Positions 29,236 to 38,297 of a DNA stretch of 38,352 bases are shown here, piece by piece. The notes beneath the pieces were generated by a model. The model saw only the letters and a program-made list of their open reading frames with translations. It was not told the origin of the DNA and made no database searches. Position numbers and translations under genes: made by a program. Origin of the DNA: an uncultured Clostridia bacterium (lineage in GTDB: Bacteria > Bacillota > Clostridia > TANB77 > CAG-508); NCBI GenBank assembly GCA_947168035.1, contig CAMVKF010000003.1:1-38352 (forward strand). Direction: 5' to 3'. Numbering within the stretch: the first letter of the stretch is position 1; each line of letters starts with the position of its first letter.

Positions 29236-32200
29236 ATGATTAATTTAAAAAAGAAAATAGGATTTATTGCTATAATTGCATTCATAATTACATTTTTTGC
29301 AACAACTGTTAATGCCGGTTTAAAAGAGGAACGTGAAGCTTTTTGGCAAAAAGAATATAAAGCAATAGGAACAAAGATAGGAGTTATAGGCTCAAGACCT
29401 TTTAACTTACACGAGTTTGAAACATATTGTGTACACCACCATTCTGGAAGTAATGGTGGAGATTATACAGTACATTATTACATCGAGATTGATGGAGATG
29501 TTGCCAAACGTTATGATCAAACAGGTAAAGTAACACATGAATGGAAAGACAAAGTTAAAAATGGTGCTCTTGCTTATATTTTAGAAGAAGAAGGATGGAG
29601 AAAAAGTTCTAGATTTGAAGATAGCGATCCTGAAATAGATAAAAATGCAGGTTTGGAATCTGAAAGAACAATGAGAAACCAAGCTATTTGGTATTATATG
29701 CCTACTTGGATGGGTAAAGATGCAACAGCTAATGGAGCAATTGGTAAATTAGATATTGATCCTTACTGGAAGCCTAATAAAACTTATGATTCTGAAATAA
29801 AAAGCAAAAAATGGTATAAAGAAATGCTACAATTTGTTGAAAGAGCAGAAAATTATGCTGGAACTATGAGTAGCCCAACTGTAACTGCTTCAAGTAAAAC
29901 AGTGAACAATGTGCAAGAAGAAAAAAGCATAGTAGGACCATTTAAATTTAATTACACAGGAGATAGCTTAAGTGTAGAAGTATATAATACAAATGATAAA
30001 AAACTAAGTAATGTAGAATTTTTCGAAGATAGAAAATGCACTAAAAAAATAGAAAATGTTAAATCTGGAAAAGAATTTTACATTAAAGTTAACTCTAATA
30101 GCCTAATAAAAAATGTAAAAGTAAAAGCAAAAGGTACTACAATAAAAGCTAAATTGTGGTTTTTAGCATATGATAGTGACTTCAAGAAAAACTCTGGACA
30201 AGAGCTTATGATTGTTAAATCTAGTAAAGATATAGCAGAGTCAGATGAACTTGTAGTAAATGTTGAATATAACACAGGAGACTTAAAAATTGTAAAAGTT
30301 GATAAAGAAACAGGAGAAAAACTTCCTGGAGTTCAATTTAAAATTCACTGTGAAAAAGGATGGATTCAAGAAAAAACAGATAAAGATGGTAATTATACAT
30401 ATTTATCTGACAAAAAAGAGGGATTTAAAACTGCAAAAGTATTTACAACAGACAAAAATGGTGAAGTGTTAGTTCAAAATTTATTAGCATTAACAAAAGG
30501 TTATAAATTATACGAAGTTGGAGCACTTAAGGAAAAAGGATATTTCTTAGAAGACCAAACAGATAGTCAAAAAGGCTATAAATACTATAAATCAAAAGAC
30601 TATGTAGCTATTGATGAAGCAGTATTTATAAAACCATATCAAACTACTCCAGTAGAAATTAAAATTACGAATAAATCATATGAAACAGGAAGCTTAAAAA
30701 TTGTAAAACAAGATAAAACAACTGGAGAAAAGCTTAGAGGAGCAGTATTTAAAATTTATGCTGTAGAAAAAGGATGGTTACAAGAAAAAACAGATCCAGA
30801 AACAGGAAAATATGTATTTGTATGGGACAAAAATGGAGGATTTGATACAGCTAAAGAAATTCAAATAGCAGCAAGTGGTGAAGCAGTAATTAATAATCTA
30901 CCAATTTTAGAAAAAGGTTATAGAATATATGAAACTAAAGCACCAGATGGAAATTATCACTTAGAAGAACAAGATGATAGCCAAAAAGGCTACAAATACC
31001 ATAAATCAAAAGATTATGTAGCTATTGATGAAGTAATACACCTTAAAGAAGGAACCACAACTCCGATTGAAATTACAGTAACAAATATGGAAAGACCAAC
31101 AGGAGACTTAAAAATAGTAAAACAAGATGAAGCAACTAAGAAAAAACTTGCAGGTGCTAAATTTAAAGTTTATGCAATAGGAAAAGGATGGCTTCAAAAA
31201 GATGATGAACGTACAACTGCAACCGGAAAAGTTATATTATCTAACAAAGTAACATTTAAACTAGATAATTCTGGTGGTTATGAAACTGCTTTTGAATTCA
31301 TAACAGATGATAATGGTGAAATGTTAATTGAAAACTTACCAGTTTTAGAAAAAGGTTATAATATATATGAAACCAAACCACCAAAAGATTATGAACTAAG
31401 TGAACAAGCAAATACCGAAAAAGGTTATGAATATAATGCTAAGAGAGATTGGTTAAAGATAAATGAAGTTATAAAGATTAATGAAAAGGAAACATCACCA
31501 GTTGAGCTTGTTATAACAAATTCAGATAATAGGGTAGACAATTTAGAAGGTATGGTTTGGGGAGAAAAACCTGATGGTAAAGAAAATCCAGCAGACAGTA
31601 TTTATACAGAAAACTCAACAGACTATTTAATAAAAGAAGGAATTAAAGTTTACTTAAAATCTATTTCAGATAATAAAGATTTAATAACAAATGATGATAT
31701 TGCGGAAGATGAAAATGGACACTATGTAACAACAGATGAAAATGGACATTATAAATTTGAAAACTTAAATTTAAAATATACTGATCTTGAAAATGCATAT
31801 GTAGAATTTAAATATGACAATGACACATATATATTAGTAGAGCCACTAGTAGGAACAGATGCAAGTGTTAACTCAAAAGCTAAAGAAAAGATTTTAACTA
31901 AAGAAAAACTAAATGATGAGGAAATTAGTAAAAAGCAAAATACAAAAGCATACCCTGGAGTAGCTTCAACTGAACTTACAAAAGGTACTTTAACAAAATA
32001 TTATGATAAATCTACACATACAGTATCAAATATTAATTTAGGTTTAAAAGAAAAATTAGATGGTGAACATAGTATATATGAGAATTTAGCATATGTAAAA
32101 ATTGTTATGAATAATTATACATATACTTATAAAGCAGGAGACTCTAAAATAACTGAAAATGATAACATAACTGATGAAACTATAAGAAAAGTGTTAACTG

Positions 32201-34533
32201 CGGCACCAACAATAAATGTTCAAAATTTATCTAAGACATTTGGTGCAAAAATTTACCCATCTGATGTTGCATATAATGTAGAAAATAATTCTTCAGATTT
32301 AAAAGTATATGTTGTATATAGTATAGATGTAACAAATACAAACACACATAACTATGATAATCAATTTGTTGAGCAAAAACTATATTTAAATACTTTAACA
32401 AGTAAATTTGACTTGAACAAATATGAATTAAGCAAAGATACAGATAATACTGATGATAAAAATATTTCAAAGGACTTTGCATTATGGCAAGAAGATAAAG
32501 ATAGCGGAATTGCAAGATATGATGTAAATAATAATTTAAGTCCATATAAAGAAGGAATAGGAAAAAATGAAATTAAAACATCTTACATTCAATATAGAAT
32601 GAAAGAAGATATGGTAAGAACCATTTTAACTAAAAAATTAACAGAAGAAGATTTAGCAACAGCACCAACTGTTACAGAGTCAAATGGATACCATGAATAT
32701 TTAAGAACAGACTATGTATGGAATGATAACAATATAACAGCATTTGATGGAGTAAAAGGTACAAATTATCCTGCAAAAAATGCTGCAAACAAAAAATACT
32801 ATGTACATAGAACTAAAAATGAAGCTTCATCTTCAGCTAATGTATTCGTAAGATTTAGCTTAAGTGATATAGAAAGAACAATTAAAGGTAAGGTTTATGA
32901 AGATACTGCAACACAAGAAAGCTTAAGCGCAAATGAATATTTAGGTAATGGTATTATAGATGATGCAGAGAAAAACAGAGCAAAAGGTGTTAAGGTTGAA
33001 TTATTAGATGTTGATGGTGCTAATAAAGGAAATCCTACAAATCTATATAGACTAGAGGCAGAAAAAGATGAAAATGATAATTACAAGTATAAAATTAAAA
33101 ATGGTGTAGTTGCAATTGAGTATCAAGAGAATAATAAATTACCAAAGGCAGAAACAGTAACATCTGATGACGGAACATATGAATTTAGAGGTGTTGTACC
33201 TGGATATTATATGATAAGATTTACATATTCAGACGGAACACAAAAAATGATGGATGCCAGTGGAGTTGCAAAAGACATAACATCTAAAGATTATAGTTCA
33301 ACTATAATTAATACACAAGATAATAATAGTATTATGAAAAATGCTATTGAAGAAAAAGCAGAGAAAATAGATGAAGCAAAACAAACACTTGCTAGAGACT
33401 ATTCAAATGAAAATGCTAAAAAATTGGTTGAATGGTATAAATACCTAGGAGATAAACAATATTCAACTGCTGTAGATTATTTGATGGGAGAAACAAAGAA
33501 TAAAGATTTTGCAGGAGCTTCAATAGGAAGAATAAATAATAATACAATTTACGAAAAAAACGGAAGAAATTACTATAAAAATAGTGATGGAAGTGAAGTA
33601 GAAGTTACAGGAAACGAAATAATGGTAGCATTAACACCAGTATTAGGTATTTCTCTAGAAAATGAAATTGGAAATACAACACCAATTGAAGATTCTAACA
33701 GGTATAGTAGAGAAATATATGATAAATTCAACTTTGGATTAATTAAAGAAAAGCCTACAACAACTAACTTAGAGAAGAAGATAACAAATGTTGAATTTAC
33801 AAACCAAGTTGGAACAACTCTAGTTTCAGAAAATCCTACAGCTTTAACATCACAATATATATCTTCATTAGAAACTGTTACAGGTGGAAGCAAATATGCT
33901 AAACTTGAGATAGATCCAGAAAATATTTATGGTTCTAGTGTTAAACTAACATATGAAATTACAATATCAAATGATTCTAGGAAGGATTATATTGAAAGTG
34001 CAACAAGTGATAAGTATGGAGATTACTTTAAGTATGGAACAAAAACTCAAGGAGTAACAGAGGCTAAGAAAGTAACAGTAATAGAGGTTGAAGATGATTT
34101 AGATGAAAAATTCTCTAAAGATTCTCTTCCAAAGACAGTAAAACAAACAAAATTAAGTTCAAAAGAAATTGAACTTACCCCTGTAAAGACAACAACCCAA
34201 GAAAATGGAACACAAATAGAAAAAACATATATTTCAATGACAGGTTGGGAAAGTCTTGAAGCAGGAGAAAAAACATCTGCAAGTTATACTGTAACATCAC
34301 TATTAGCACAAGGTAATGACTCAAGTTTTGGTAATAGTGCTCAAATTACAAAAATATCTTTGGACAAATTAACAACATTAAGAAGTGATTTTGAATGGAG
34401 TGCAGATAAAACTACATTTGCAATAACTCCATCAACAGGAGCTAATAGAAGTTATACCGAATTAATAGTTGGAATAGTTGCTTTAATAATTGCAGGATGC
34501 GGATTTATACTAATTAAGAAAAAAGTACTATAA
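29236..34533 (+). CDS. Giant adhesin B2 (1765 aa): putative thioester domain, 3 SpaA/CnaB-type repeats, SdrD-B-like domains, anchor
   Basis: Signal peptide; TYCVHH...RNQAIW...SGQELM; G.LKIVK.D..T..KL.GA.FK...YETK.P repeats; GVVPGYY.IRFTY.DG; ITPSTG + TM + KKKVL. Confidence 0.88.
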   Translation: MINLKKKIGFIAIIAFIITFFATTVNAGLKEEREAFWQKEYKAIGTKIGVIGSRPFNLHEFETYCVHHHSGSNGGDYTVHYYIEIDGDVAKRYDQTGKVTHEWKDKVKNGALAYILEEEGWRKSSRFEDSDPEIDKNAGLESERTMRNQAIWYYMPTWMGKDATANGAIGKLDIDPYWKPNKTYDSEIKSKKWYKEMLQFVERAENYAGTMSSPTVTASSKTVNNVQEEKSIVGPFKFNYTGDSLSVEVYNTNDKKLSNVEFFEDRKCTKKIENVKSGKEFYIKVNSNSLIKNVKVKAKGTTIKAKLWFLAYDSDFKKNSGQELMIVKSSKDIAESDELVVNVEYNTGDLKIVKVDKETGEKLPGVQFKIHCEKGWIQEKTDKDGNYTYLSDKKEGFKTAKVFTTDKNGEVLVQNLLALTKGYKLYEVGALKEKGYFLEDQTDSQKGYKYYKSKDYVAIDEAVFIKPYQTTPVEIKITNKSYETGSLKIVKQDKTTGEKLRGAVFKIYAVEKGWLQEKTDPETGKYVFVWDKNGGFDTAKEIQIAASGEAVINNLPILEKGYRIYETKAPDGNYHLEEQDDSQKGYKYHKSKDYVAIDEVIHLKEGTTTPIEITVTNMERPTGDLKIVKQDEATKKKLAGAKFKVYAIGKGWLQKDDERTTATGKVILSNKVTFKLDNSGGYETAFEFITDDNGEMLIENLPVLEKGYNIYETKPPKDYELSEQANTEKGYEYNAKRDWLKINEVIKINEKETSPVELVITNSDNRVDNLEGMVWGEKPDGKENPADSIYTENSTDYLIKEGIKVYLKSISDNKDLITNDDIAEDENGHYVTTDENGHYKFENLNLKYTDLENAYVEFKYDNDTYILVEPLVGTDASVNSKAKEKILTKEKLNDEEISKKQNTKAYPGVASTELTKGTLTKYYDKSTHTVSNINLGLKEKLDGEHSIYENLAYVKIVMNNYTYTYKAGDSKITENDNITDETIRKVLTAAPTINVQNLSKTFGAKIYPSDVAYNVENNSSDLKVYVVYSIDVTNTNTHNYDNQFVEQKLYLNTLTSKFDLNKYELSKDTDNTDDKNISKDFALWQEDKDSGIARYDVNNNLSPYKEGIGKNEIKTSYIQYRMKEDMVRTILTKKLTEEDLATAPTVTESNGYHEYLRTDYVWNDNNITAFDGVKGTNYPAKNAANKKYYVHRTKNEASSSANVFVRFSLSDIERTIKGKVYEDTATQESLSANEYLGNGIIDDAEKNRAKGVKVELLDVDGANKGNPTNLYRLEAEKDENDNYKYKIKNGVVAIEYQENNKLPKAETVTSDDGTYEFRGVVPGYYMIRFTYSDGTQKMMDASGVAKDITSKDYSSTIINTQDNNSIMKNAIEEKAEKIDEAKQTLARDYSNENAKKLVEWYKYLGDKQYSTAVDYLMGETKNKDFAGASIGRINNNTIYEKNGRNYYKNSDGSEVEVTGNEIMVALTPVLGISLENEIGNTTPIEDSNRYSREIYDKFNFGLIKEKPTTTNLEKKITNVEFTNQVGTTLVSENPTALTSQYISSLETVTGGSKYAKLEIDPENIYGSSVKLTYEITISNDSRKDYIESATSDKYGDYFKYGTKTQGVTEAKKVTVIEVEDDLDEKFSKDSLPKTVKQTKLSSKEIELTPVKTTTQENGTQIEKTYISMTGWESLEAGEKTSASYTVTSLLAQGNDSSFGNSAQITKISLDKLTTLRSDFEWSADKTTFAITPSTGANRSYTELIVGIVALIIAGCGFILIKKKVL

Positions 34534-34548
34534 AAGTACAATAATATA

Positions 34549-34583
34549 AAAAAAGAACCAATTTTGTAAATTGGTTCTTTTTT
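34549..34583 (+). terminator. Intrinsic terminator
   Basis: aaaaaagaaccaattt-tgt-aaattggttctttttt. Confidence 0.85.
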
Positions 34584-34659
34584 CTGCTTTATTTGCAAAA
34601 GTACTTGAATAAAATCGTTTTATAGTGTATTATTATAACTGAAAGGAACGTGATAATAA

Positions 34660-36177
34660 ATGAAGAAAACCGTATTAGTATTATTGTTTATATTAGGTTT
34701 AGTAATTGGTATAATTTCGGGAATAAAAGTAAAGCAAAAAAGGTATGATTATGAAATTAGTGAAATTAATGAATATAATTATTTTATTTATATGGAAAAT
34801 GAATCATTTGGTGTTATTAACAAAAAAGGAGACGTAATTATAGAAGCAAAATATGAAAACATAGTTATACCAAATATAGAAAAAGATGTATTTATTTGTT
34901 ACAATGAAGAAAAAAGTGAAGTATTAAATTCAAATAAAGAAAAATTGTTTTCGAATTATGAAGAAGTAGATCCTATAAAACTAAAAAATGTTACAGATGC
35001 CTTTTCATACGAGAAGAGTATTTTAAAATATAAAAAAGATGGTTTATATGGATTAATGGACTTTAACGGGAAAGCTATAACAAAAAACATATATGATTCC
35101 ATCGAAAATTTAGCACCAACAGAAGGAAAATTTTTAGTATCAAAAGACAATAAAAAAGGTGTAATCGATTTAAAAGGAAATAAACTTGTAAATATAGAAT
35201 TTGATAATGTTATTTCAGATGAATACTATACAAAAGAAAATGAATATAAAAAATCAGGGTTTATTGTTTGCAATAAGGAAAAAGACGGATTTAAATTTGG
35301 ATATATAGATTATAAAGGAAAAACATATTTAACTACAAAATATAATGAAATAGAAAGAATACAAGATGAAAATAATAAAACATATTTAATAATATCTAAT
35401 AATGGAAAATATGGACTTTATAATAAATCTAAAAAGATAATTTCTCCAGAATTTCAATCTATAGTATATGATGATAATTTAAATGTTTTAGTAGTACAGA
35501 AAAATAAAAAATTTGGAGTATATTCTTTAGATGGGAAAAAAATAATTGAAGAAGACAAAGATGAAGTTTCGTCTAGAGGAATATATTTATATGTAAAAAA
35601 AGCAAATGAAAATAAAGTATATGATAAGCAGGGCAAAGAAGTTGATATAAATTATAATAGAACTATATACGAAACTAAAAATGAAGAATATAGAATTTCT
35701 ACAATTTTAAATAACAATATTACATATTACGGAATAATAAACAAAAATGGAACAAATCTAGTTGAAGAAAAATATAGATATATAGAGTATTTATATAATA
35801 ACTTTTTTATAGCAACAAATGATGAAGGTCTTCTAGGTGTTATAAATAGTGATGGAAAAGTTATATTAGATTTTAAATATAATTTACTTCAAAAAATAAA
35901 AGGTATGCAAATTGTACAAGCAGGTATGCAAGATAATGTTAAAACAGAATTTTATTCTAATGAAATGAAAAAAGTTTTAGAAATTGAAAAACCTAGTATT
36001 GAAATAAAAAAAGATTATGTAATAATTTCAAATGAGACTGGAAAAAAATACCTAAATTCACAAGGGAATGAAATACAAGACACACAAAACTTAGAAAACA
36101 AAATCTTTCCTGAGGTAATTGGTGGGTACCAAAAAAAACAAACCACATTAGATTTTATATATTATACAAGAAGTTAA
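34660..36177 (+). CDS. WG-repeat (KWG-like) membrane-anchored protein
   Basis: N-terminal TM; repeated (F/Y/K)G.I(D/N)..G..I....Y motifs (FGVINKKGD, YGLMDFNGK, KGVIDLKGN, FGYIDYKGK, YGIINKNG, LGVINSDGK). Confidence 0.85.
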   Translation: MKKTVLVLLFILGLVIGIISGIKVKQKRYDYEISEINEYNYFIYMENESFGVINKKGDVIIEAKYENIVIPNIEKDVFICYNEEKSEVLNSNKEKLFSNYEEVDPIKLKNVTDAFSYEKSILKYKKDGLYGLMDFNGKAITKNIYDSIENLAPTEGKFLVSKDNKKGVIDLKGNKLVNIEFDNVISDEYYTKENEYKKSGFIVCNKEKDGFKFGYIDYKGKTYLTTKYNEIERIQDENNKTYLIISNNGKYGLYNKSKKIISPEFQSIVYDDNLNVLVVQKNKKFGVYSLDGKKIIEEDKDEVSSRGIYLYVKKANENKVYDKQGKEVDINYNRTIYETKNEEYRISTILNNNITYYGIINKNGTNLVEEKYRYIEYLYNNFFIATNDEGLLGVINSDGKVILDFKYNLLQKIKGMQIVQAGMQDNVKTEFYSNEMKKVLEIEKPSIEIKKDYVIISNETGKKYLNSQGNEIQDTQNLENKIFPEVIGGYQKKQTTLDFIYYTRS

Positions 36178-36183
36178 ATATAA

Positions 36184-36226
36184 GAGGTAGGAAGTATAAA
36201 GAAAGATTTTTCATACTTTCTACCTC
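36184..36226 (+). terminator. Hairpin after the WG-repeat gene (terminator-like)
   Basis: gaggtaggaagtat...atactttctacctc; no clean U tract. Confidence 0.45.
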
Positions 36227-36285
36227 ATATTTCATACTTAATACTTAATACATCCAACTTTACACCTCCAACACGCCATCTTTTC

Positions 36286-36311
36286 ACACATTTAAAAAAA
36301 ACACATATAAT
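36286..36311 (+). promoter_or_regulatory. Putative SigK/SigE-type promoter upstream of the cysteine desulfurase
   Basis: ACACAT-N12-CATATAAT, same as two other sites in the window. Confidence 0.45.
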
Positions 36312-36335
36312 ATCTTTGAAGGATGGTATTTGATT

Positions 36336-37479
36336 ATGGATACATATTATTTTGATAATGGTGCTACTACAAAAGTAAAAGAAGAGGTTTTGAACGAGAT
36401 GTTGCCTTTTTTAAAAGAAGAATATGGAAACCCATCAGCATTATATGGATTAGCAAGATATGCCAAAAAGGAAGTTGAAAATGCAAGGCAAAAAGTGGCA
36501 GATTTAATAGGAGCAAAAAAACAGGAAATTTATTTTACAAGCTCAGGGTCAGAAGCGGATAATACTGCATTAAAGGGAATTGCATATTTAAATAAAAATA
36601 AAGGGAATCATATAATTACAAGTAAAATAGAACACCCTGCAATACTTGAATCTTGTGCTTTTTTAGAAAAGATAGGATTTAATATAACATATTTAAATGT
36701 TGATTCAAATGGTTTTATTAGCTTAAATGAACTAGAAAAAGCAATAAATGAAAAAACAATTTTGATTAGTATAATGTTTGCTAATAATGAAATAGGAACA
36801 ATTCAGCCAATAGAAGATATTGCAAAAATTGCACATAAAAATAATATAATTTTTCACACAGATGCAGTTCAAGCTTGTCGGAAATATAAAAATTAATGTA
36901 AAGCAAATGGGAATAGATATGTTATCACTATCAGGACATAAAATTTATGCTCCAAAGGGAGTAGGAGCATTATATGTAAGAGAGGGTATAGAATTTGAAA
37001 AGTTTTTAAATGGTGGACATCAAGAAAAAAATAAACGTGCAGGCACAGAAAATGTAGCAGGAATTGTAGGGTTAGGAAAAGCTTCTGAACTTGCAAAACA
37101 AAATTTAGAAGAGCATATGAAAAAACTAAGAAATCTTAGAGATTATTATAATAATGAAATTATGCAAAGAATTCCAAATACAAAAATAAATGGTGCAGTT
37201 AATGCCAGACTTCCAGGAAATAGCAATATTTCATTTTTAGGTATAAAGGCAAGTGATTTGCTTTTAGAACTAGATAATTTAGGAATTTGCGCATCAAGTG
37301 GGTCAGCATGTAGTTCCAAAAATTCTAAGCCATCACATGTATTACAAGCAATAGGACTAGATGAGAACCAAATAAAAGGAGCATTAAGAGTAACATTTGG
37401 AGATTTTAATACAAAGGAAGAAGTAGATTATCTAATTAATAATTTAGAAAATACAATAAATGTAATATTAAAGAAGTAG
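36336..37479 (+). CDS. iscS: Cysteine desulfurase IscS/NifS (~380 aa), reconstructed across a +1 frameshift at CGG 36879-36881
   Basis: YFDNGATT, YGNPS, FTSSGSEADN, IEHPA, MFANNEIGTIQP, FHTDAVQAC | GNI.I...GIDMLSLSGHKIYAPKGVG, RAGTEN, SSGSACSS; the two ORF-track halves join by skipping C36879. Confidence 0.9.
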
Positions 37480-37499
37480 CCAACATTTGACTACTTCTT
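37471..37499. terminator. Probable bidirectional terminator between iscS and carD
   Basis: aagaagtag...ctacttctt stem between convergent stops. Confidence 0.65.
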
Positions 37500-37503
37500 A
37501 GTA

Positions 37504-38067
37504 TTATGTATTCTCGGTTGTTCCATCATAAGGAATAAATTTCTTAACAACATTTTCTTTTATTGTACCTGCTGCTTTAAAGGTAATAAAAGAATTATTA
37601 ATTTTATTATCTACAATTTCTTCTATTTCATCTGTATTTGAACTTTCGGCTAAAACTAACTCACTTACTAATATTTGTTTAGCATTGTTTAGCATTTTCT
37701 TTTCTCCAGTAGATAATCCTTTTTCTTTTTGCTTAAAACTTAAATTTCTTACAACATCTGCAATTTCATATATATCGCCACTTTTTAATTTATCCATATT
37801 ATCTCTATATCTTTTATTCCAATTTTTGTTCATTTCAGTTTCATCTTGTTCTAAAACTTTAAATACTTTATCAGCTGAATTTTTATCTATAATTGATCTT
37901 ACACCTACTTGTTCTGCCTTAGCAATTGGCACCATTACCTTAACTTCACCTGGCATTCTTAGTATGTAGTAAGATTGTTTTTTACCTAAAATATCTTTTT
38001 CTTCTATTGAATCAATTGTCCCAGCTCCATGCATTGGGTATACTATTTGATCTCCTATATTAAACAT
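37504..38067 (-). CDS. carD: CarD family transcriptional regulator
   Basis: MFNIGDQIVYPMHGAGTI..IEEK.ILG, VMVP......GVR, NWNKRYR.N..KLKSGDIYEIADVVRNL, LSTGEKKML..A.QILVSEL. Confidence 0.95.
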   Translation of the reverse strand: MFNIGDQIVYPMHGAGTIDSIEEKDILGKKQSYYILRMPGEVKVMVPIAKAEQVGVRSIIDKNSADKVFKVLEQDETEMNKNWNKRYRDNMDKLKSGDIYEIADVVRNLSFKQKEKGLSTGEKKMLNNAKQILVSELVLAESSNTDEIEEIVDNKINNSFITFKAAGTIKENVVKKFIPYDGTTENT

Positions 38068-38132
38068 GTAAAATACGCTCCTTTCTAGTTTTTATGTTAA
38101 TAAAACATAATTCTTACGTCATCAACAATAAT

Positions 38133-38161
38133 ATTATACCATAAATTCACAAAAAAGTCAA
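38133..38161 (-). promoter_or_regulatory. SigA promoter for carD
   Basis: Minus strand TTGACT-17 nt-TATAAT with TGn extension. Confidence 0.7.
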
Positions 38162-38236
38162 AAGTTTCTTGCAAAAATATTTTGTTAATTTTTTATGTAA
38201 CGTTACAAAAAAATATAAAAAAATTACATAAAACTA

Positions 38237-38265
38237 TTGACAAACTGTTAAAAATATAGTAATAT
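38237..38265 (+). promoter_or_regulatory. SigA promoter for the tRNA gene
   Basis: TTGACA-17 nt-TAATAT with A-rich UP-like region. Confidence 0.6.
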
Positions 38266-38297
38266 ATTTATGTTCTGCTCATATGCAGATAGGTGAC

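Noticed and set aside
3731-37479. Calling the split cohesin-like, mreD, B1 and iscS genes ordinary pseudogenes or separate genes
   Set aside because: All breaks share the same +1 CGG(A/T) context, each half is otherwise intact, and joining restores family motifs; random decay would not give this pattern. An assembly artefact remains an open alternative.
87-37969. Remaining antisense ORFs in the track (e.g. 645-1244, 5772-6347, 14672-15130, 16406-17008, 37685-37969)
   Set aside because: They overlap well-supported genes on the other strand, have the F/L/I/S-rich composition of reverse-complemented AT-rich codons, and show no motifs.
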